Source: Octopus sinensis
Lineage: Eukaryota
Assembly (NCBI RefSeq): GCF_006345805.1
Contig: NC_042997.1
Location: forward strand, 32,612,001 to 32,676,000
Direction: 5' to 3'
DNA length: 64,000 bases
The notes under the pieces were generated by a model, which saw only the letters and a program-made list of their open reading frames with translations, was not told the DNA's origin and ran no database searches. The position numbers and the translations under genes were made by a program. Shown here piece by piece: positions 62,501 through 64,000 of this stretch; the stretch's first letter is position 1, and each line of letters begins with the position of its first letter.

Positions 62501-62838
62501 AAAAAAAACAAGAAAAATAAAAGAAGTCTTACTTCTGGCATATTCATATCATCTACAAAGTAGATAAGCTTCTTGTTACCAAGGGGACCATAGTTTCTTC
62601 CTGCTTTTTTTTCAAGTGGTTTTTCCAGAATTCGTTGTAGCATTTCAGATGTTGTGTAAAAGTTGAAGGGCACATTGGCAATCACATATTCATCGGGGAG
62701 AGATATCAGTTTGTCCTGCATGAGGACCGTCTTGCCACTTCCTGCTGTTCCAACAAGCATCACAGGCCTCTTTGAAGCAATTAGGATGTCCAGAAAGTAC
62801 CGGATTCGAGTTGTTTCAGCTGTTGGCACCATAGTTGC
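2470..62838 (-). CDS. DNAH9/DNAH17: Axonemal dynein heavy chain, outer-arm beta type (DNAH9/11/17 group); partial gene, 19 exons in window
   Basis: 19 exons with GT-AG boundaries join in frame (4,758 nt). Motifs include AAA3 Walker A GTAGSGKT, Walker [14 protein letters not shown]4 GVGGSGKQ, the stalk coiled coil, the MTBD, AAA5 ([24 protein letters not shown]) and AAA6 ([21 protein letters not shown]). Assignment to the subgroup is from remembered family motifs; the exact paralog needs a phylogeny. Confidence 0.95.
3081..3375. mobile_element. Self-inverted insert (~59-bp arms at 3081-3139 and ~3190-3248)
   Basis: ATAAATAGAAGGGGCAG...TTAGAAATAG is mirrored. The flanking direct repeat ATATGTGTGTGT(GT)AGATA is TSD-like. 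Confidence 0.65.
3390..3850. repeat. Compound (AGAT)n/(AGAC)n/(AT)n microsatellites
   Basis: Read directly. Confidence 0.95.
5418..5650 (-). mobile_element. Penelope pLTR-like fragment with degenerate hammerhead-like motif (copy 1)
   Basis: The minus strand reads CCAACGAAGAGCTCTGCTCGAAATGTTA. It is homologous to 10652-10878. The PLE assignment is inferred. Confidence 0.45.
5652..6035 (+). mobile_element. Non-autonomous Helitron (different 5' half)
   Basis: 5' TC, 3' GAGCAACGCCGGGCGATACTGCTAG followed by T. The 3' ~110 bp are shared with the other Helitrons. Confidence 0.75.
6072..6279. mobile_element. Tc1/mariner-pogo-type MITE
   Basis: 13-bp TIRs CAGTAATCCCTCG / CGAGGGATTACTG with TA on both sides. 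Confidence 0.8.
6425..6709. repeat. AT-rich foldback with ~130-bp near-perfect arms
   Basis: AATTAGAAAAAAACCCACC...TGCAAAATA mirrors TATTTTGCA...GGTGGGTTTTTCCTAATT around a ~20-nt loop. Confidence 0.85.
6720..7201 (-). mobile_element. Non-autonomous Helitron
   Basis: 5' TCTTTATATAT..., 3' CTAG with a subterminal GC-rich motif and an internal ~90-bp duplication. Same family as 21785 and 33964. Confidence 0.8.
7297..7573 (-). CDS. DNAH9/DNAH17: Dynein exon 18 (AAA6)
   Basis: First G completes AGG; RNFIEEKMG...FILSPGVDP...SLGQGQE...GHWVILQ; 277 nt. Confidence 0.95.
9658..9851 (-). CDS. DNAH9/DNAH17: Dynein exon 17
   Basis: [25 protein letters not shown]...[12 protein letters not shown], ending AG in phase 2; 194 nt. 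Confidence 0.95.
10652..10878 (-). mobile_element. Penelope pLTR-like fragment with degenerate hammerhead-like motif (copy 2)
   Basis: The minus strand reads CAGACGAAGAGCTCCGCTTGAAACGTTA. It is homologous to 5418-5650. Confidence 0.45.
11015..11137 (-). CDS. DNAH9/DNAH17: Dynein exon 16; absent from the ORF track
   Basis: Translated by hand: [41 protein letters not shown]; 123 nt. Confidence 0.92.
11359..13102 (-). mobile_element. ORF1-only non-LTR retroelement (1,744 bp) inserted into a SINE
   Basis: 12-bp TSD GTGACGTTTCTT at 11347-11358 and 13103-13114. The host SINE resumes on both sides. The 3' tail ends ...GCCCCTAGTGGGTAATAAAGAAAT. There is no RT or endonuclease sequence. Confidence 0.85.
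11723..12919 (-). CDS. Gag-like LINE ORF1 protein (398 aa) with a CCHC zinc knuckle
   Basis: [14 protein letters not shown] is a CX2CX4HX4C knuckle. It is preceded by RRM-like segments ([19 protein letters not shown]) and followed by a basic/Pro-rich tail, the layout typical of LINE ORF1. Confidence 0.8.
   Translation of the reverse strand: MDYESLTDLSTTDEELEQAIAVKLMEEKAGVFESLSDSPTSEKELEMAARKLEKKLSYTYAGVTKKAEEKGVDLAKLPSYQKHMKKESGEVELSPTPRRKEWYDKRTIVYRVCANERKRVEVVSMEWIEEALRRTEEEINFLTRGSKYGTVVVHFKTESAARKMAAKAVKSEKVTLLPTYLNRRITRIRVEGVPPNVEAEWIVAAVISGHEDEVDILHASVKSEGWRGVTVELNVQAETEVLVDLTESIRLGEVIMRVWVEGRAPRCYKCGLRGHIRAFCPPPGKEMDPEPEREKQKPEEKETEEENTQKWKEAGSKRKRRIRGKENNMEPNPPQNHPRPLSPTLSMDIEPTRSPPTRKQKKKKNTHTQEIEIDIRPYICTMTEQKEVKSLMEEYIMV
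16573..17050 (+). mobile_element. CR1-type LINE 3' end (5'-truncated)
   Basis: ORF2 C-terminus NTRGHIYK...[18 protein letters not shown], 3'UTR and (ATT)n tail. Confidence 0.85.
18654..18824 (-). CDS. DNAH9/DNAH17: Dynein exon 15
   Basis: [10 protein letters not shown]...[20 protein letters not shown]; 171 nt. Confidence 0.95.
19956..20216 (-). CDS. DNAH9/DNAH17: Dynein exon 14 (buttress)
   Basis: [18 protein letters not shown]...[13 protein letters not shown]...NPMYQFSLK; 261 nt. Confidence 0.95.
20590..21062 (+). mobile_element. Dispersed repeat with (GAT)n tail (family S3)
   Basis: Ends CCCATGCTAGCATGGAAAGCGGACGTTAAACGATGATGATG. Relatives lie at ~14445-14741, 18160-18375, 36500-36865, 37654-38005(-), 38140-38400(-), 51571-51740(-) and 56628-56834(-). 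Confidence 0.7.
21409..21663 (-). CDS. DNAH9/DNAH17: Dynein exon 13 (AAA5)
   Basis: [13 protein letters not shown]...ANPHYKPE...[15 protein letters not shown]...FKITLK; 255 nt. Confidence 0.95.
21785..22183 (+). mobile_element. Non-autonomous Helitron
   Basis: A|TCTTTATATATAAAAG ... GAGCAACGCTGGGCGATACTGCTAG|T. Confidence 0.82.
22282..22422 (-). CDS. DNAH9/DNAH17: Dynein exon 12 (AAA5); absent from the ORF track
   Basis: Translated by hand: [47 protein letters not shown]; 141 nt. Confidence 0.93.
23966..24769 (-). CDS. DNAH9/DNAH17: Dynein exon 11 (MTBD, stalk CC2, start of AAA5)
   Basis: [17 protein letters not shown]...[13 protein letters not shown]...[16 protein letters not shown]...[12 protein letters not shown]...STLK; 804 nt. 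Confidence 0.97.
25595..25741 (-). CDS. DNAH9/DNAH17: Dynein exon 10 (microtubule-binding domain); absent from the ORF track
   Basis: Translated by hand: [49 protein letters not shown]; AAG acceptor, GTAAG donor; 147 nt. Confidence 0.9.
26041..26275 (-). mobile_element. SINE family S1
   Basis: Full-length homolog of 2117-2348, abutting a truncated related copy at ~25870-26040. Confidence 0.83.
26542..26770 (-). mobile_element. SINE family S1
   Basis: TSD TCTTATTATACT. Confidence 0.85.
28228..28817 (-). mobile_element. CR1-type LINE 3' end, same family
   Basis: LVWNPYL...[10 protein letters not shown]...NTRGHVYK...WNKLP and (ATT)n tail; begins ~22 bp downstream of the exon 9 donor. Confidence 0.88.
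28841..29101 (-). CDS. DNAH9/DNAH17: Dynein exon 9 (stalk CC1)
   Basis: [15 protein letters not shown]...[18 protein letters not shown]; 261 nt. Confidence 0.95.
29600..30260. repeat. Dispersed repeat preceded by an (ATT/GTT)n tract
   Basis: Bounded by trinucleotide tracts, with higher GC than the flanks; family not identified. Confidence 0.4.
31138..31371 (-). CDS. DNAH9/DNAH17: Dynein exon 8 (AAA4 lid to stalk CC1)
   Basis: [12 protein letters not shown]...[14 protein letters not shown]...[15 protein letters not shown]; 234 nt. Confidence 0.95.
31895..32095 (+). mobile_element. RTE-clade LINE 3' fragment
   Basis: [17 protein letters not shown]...AAQDRTDWR...VTESRLRL is the typical RTE C-terminus. 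Confidence 0.8.
32710..33177 (-). mobile_element. tRNA-headed SINE with internal (AT/AC)n microsatellite (family S2)
   Basis: Minus-strand head TGGCTGTGTGG...GGTTCAGTCC. Relatives lie at ~4560-4790, 10490-10640, 17100-17285, 17700-18030, 32300-32690, 40800-41045, 48850-49495 and 50790-50960. Confidence 0.75.
33964..34354 (+). mobile_element. Non-autonomous Helitron
   Basis: A|TCTTTATATATAAAAG ... GAGCAACGCCGGCGATACTGCTAG|T. Confidence 0.82.
34831..35062 (+). mobile_element. SINE family S1
   Basis: 16-bp TSD AGAAGCACAGGTGAGA. Confidence 0.87.
35758..35919 (-). CDS. DNAH9/DNAH17: Dynein exon 7 (AAA4)
   Basis: [39 protein letters not shown]...ELLA; 162 nt. Confidence 0.95.
37157..37586 (+). 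mobile_element. hAT transposon deletion derivative
   Basis: Imperfect TIRs CAGCACTGGATTAA / TTAATCCAGCCCTG. Degenerate 8-bp TSD GGTATGTA / GGTAATTA. Residual transposase C-terminus [31 protein letters not shown]. Confidence 0.75.
38893..39253. mobile_element. Self-inverted insert with 13-bp TSD
   Basis: Arms ~38973-39091 and ~39150-39258 with a ~50-bp internal duplication. Direct repeat AAATGTAAATATA at 38880-38892 and 39254-39266. Confidence 0.7.
39502..39876 (+). mobile_element. CR1-type LINE 3' end, same family
   Basis: Homologous to 16673-17050; (ATT)n tail. Confidence 0.85.
39984..40249 (-). CDS. DNAH9/DNAH17: Dynein exon 6 (AAA4)
   Basis: Starts TG, completing ATG with exon 5; [11 protein letters not shown]...[11 protein letters not shown]...DKVRRTLK; 266 nt. 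Confidence 0.95.
41359..41556. repeat. Near-perfect ~90-bp-arm hairpin
   Basis: AATAATATGTTACATTACTC...CTTCGGTTATCT mirrors AGATAACCGAAG...GAGTAATGTAACATATTATT. Confidence 0.9.
41639..47348. repeat. Tandem array of a ~491-bp unit, ~11.6 copies
   Basis: The same ORF start recurs at 42551, 43531, 44022, 45002, 45493, 45984, 46473 and 46964. Units are near-identical. The array ends in a (TA)n tract. Confidence 0.97.
47458..47815 (-). CDS. DNAH9/DNAH17: Dynein exon 5 (AAA4 P-loop)
   Basis: EIDESAL...[10 protein letters not shown]...[15 protein letters not shown]...GYGIPDLK; ends in phase 1 (A|GTATGA); 358 nt. Confidence 0.95.
47865..48095. repeat. (GT)n, (GGT)n and (GAT)n microsatellite cluster
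   Basis: Read directly; lies just upstream of the exon 5 acceptor. Confidence 0.9.
48331..48705 (+). mobile_element. tRNA-derived SINE (second head type)
   Basis: A-box TGGCCCAGTGG, B-box GTTTCGATTCC; head shared with 53347. Confidence 0.75.
49140..49371 (-). mobile_element. SINE family S1 nested in another SINE
   Basis: TSD TTTACAGAAT(G/C)AGTAC; host SINE spans ~48850-49495. Confidence 0.85.
49607..50169. mobile_element. Self-inverted insert with 14-bp TSD
   Basis: ~105-bp arms at 49607-49713 and ~50000-50109. TSD AGTATTATTAATTA at 49593-49606 and 50170-50183. Confidence 0.78.
50190..50351 (-). CDS. DNAH9/DNAH17: Dynein exon 4
   Basis: [32 protein letters not shown]...KKSFE; 162 nt. Confidence 0.93.
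50990..51905 (+). mobile_element. Decayed CR1/L2-type RT fragment split by a SINE
   Basis: [11 protein letters not shown]...[20 protein letters not shown], then a SINE at ~51571-51740, then ...IFADDSKL...[18 protein letters not shown]. Confidence 0.85.
51989..52228 (-). CDS. DNAH9/DNAH17: Dynein exon 3 (AAA3 lid)
   Basis: [16 protein letters not shown]...[20 protein letters not shown]; 240 nt. Confidence 0.95.
53347..53722 (+). mobile_element. tRNA-derived SINE (second head type)
   Basis: Same head as 48331; 3' body shared with ~9300-9605. Confidence 0.75.
54288..54514 (-). mobile_element. SINE family S1
   Basis: TSD GCTAC(A/T)GATATAT. Confidence 0.85.
54562..54729 (-). CDS. DNAH9/DNAH17: Dynein exon 2 (AAA3)
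   Basis: [19 protein letters not shown]...[16 protein letters not shown]; AG/GT boundaries; 168 nt. Confidence 0.95.
54885..55565. repeat. Direct plus inverted triplication of a ~160-bp module (foldback/MITE-like)
   Basis: ...GCAGTCCTGATTAGGAC...CCCAGGAAAACAT... is direct at ~54890-55040 and ~55230-55390 and inverted at ~55440-55560. Confidence 0.7.
56106..56533. repeat. ~430-bp interrupted (GA)n polypurine tract
   Basis: Read directly; source of the ERERE ORF. Confidence 0.95.
56835..62386. repeat. 26-bp minisatellite, ~213 copies, unit GCTTTTTATATG(T/G)CACCATCATCCAT
   Basis: Read directly. The 26-aa periodicity of the three overlapping ORFs equals 3 x 26 nt. Confidence 0.98.
62533..62838 (-). 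CDS. DNAH9/DNAH17: Dynein exon 1 in window (AAA3 P-loop)
   Basis: [17 protein letters not shown]...GTAGSGKT...FVDDMNMPE; AG at 62840-62839, GT at 62532-62531; 306 nt. Confidence 0.95.
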
Positions 62839-63443
62839 CTGTCAACAAACATTACAAACTTACTAATTACAATAATTTCCCAGAACAAAGTAGAACAAAA
62901 ACAAAACATATTGCAAATCTAATGAGCTGATAATAAACTTGAAATAAACTATGATGATCTATAGGCCCCAATTTCACCTAATATGGAATACGGCATATAT
63001 ATTTGGGATGGTAAACCTTTAAATTCTGATATTGTACATTTAATTTACATTATGTCAGATCAATAAGGATAGTCACTAATTACTAGATTTGGAAACTAAG
63101 GGTCTGTATCAACATACCTCAAGAGAGATAGGAAATATTGAGTGTAGGGACATTTACATTTAGGCGAAGAAAATATGAAAAGTCTAAACAGTTATACCTA
63201 TGTTTATAGAACTATCTAAAGTTAATAAAGAACACATATTGGGGAACAAATAACAACAATAAAAGTATGCTTTTAAAAAATAAGATGAGAAGTACATCAA
63301 GGTTTTGTACTATATCCACTTCTTTCTACTCTATCTCTATTTTATCTTTTATTTATGATAATAATTACCACTAGATATTTGGTTTTTCCGGACCTGTTCC
63401 ATGCAGTTTAAGTTTGTATTCTGATATGGCTCTCTTTTTTTCA

Positions 63444-63810
63444 CATCATCATCATCATTGTTCGACCATGGTCGAGGCAATGGAATTTACCATGCTACGC
63501 CAGACTTCACGGTCCATCATGGCATTACGGAGGTCCTGTTGCTGGATGCCTGTATCCCTGGAGATTACATCAGAGTAGGAGAGTGTGCGCCCTCTGGTAT
63601 TGCGAGTAGATGGCTTCCAGAGGAGAAGAGTAGAAATTACCTCTTTTTCAGCTCTACAACAATGTCCAGCAAATTGGACTCTCCTACCTTTCACAAGAGA
63701 TGACACAGGTGGTAGTTTCCCATATATTTGCATTTTGGTTGGATGGCACTTCCACGAGAGATTTTGAGCTCTCATAAGGAGGCGAGTGTAGGTTCCATCC
63801 AACCGCCTCT
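63444..63810 (-). mobile_element. RTE/RTEX-like LINE 3' fragment
   Basis: LDGTYTRLL...RRVQFAGHCCR...LLWKP...AMMDREVWR followed by a (TGA)n tail. Confidence 0.78.
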
Positions 63811-64000
63811 CTTTTTTCACAAGATAACCAATGCAGGTTCAAAATATAAAAAAAAAATGGGTGTGTATTGGTGTGCAATTAGTTTTAACTGCCTTCTAAA
63901 CTACAGAAAATTCTTGCACATTTTTTGCCAGTCTCACATAGAATAAATTTGCAGAACTCACATTATATTTCCCTTATGAAATAATCCCAACTTTTTATTA

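Overview
This is AT-rich, repeat-dense animal genomic DNA. The SINE, Helitron and microsatellite content suggests an octopus/cephalopod, which is an inference and was not checked by a search. The whole window lies inside one minus-strand gene, an axonemal outer-arm beta-type dynein heavy chain (DNAH9/11/17 group). I traced 19 consecutive GT-AG exons (4,758 nt, 1,586 codons, frame-consistent) from AAA3 through AAA4, the stalk/MTBD, AAA5 and AAA6; both ends of the gene lie outside the window. The introns hold most of the unusual material: (1) a 1.74-kb, TSD-flanked retroelement with only a gag-like ORF1, which shares its 3' tail with the commonest young SINE here; (2) a ~11.6-copy, 491-bp tandem array beside nested hairpins; (3) a ~5.55-kb, 26-bp minisatellite grown from a dispersed-repeat module, which explains the three spurious ~1,870-aa ORFs; (4) several TSD-bounded self-inverted inserts and hammerhead-like motifs suggestive of Penelope-like elements; (5) Helitrons, MITEs, CR1/RTE fragments and many SINEs. 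I found no rRNA, true tRNA genes or CRISPR arrays. Repeat boundaries were read by eye and may be off by a few bases.
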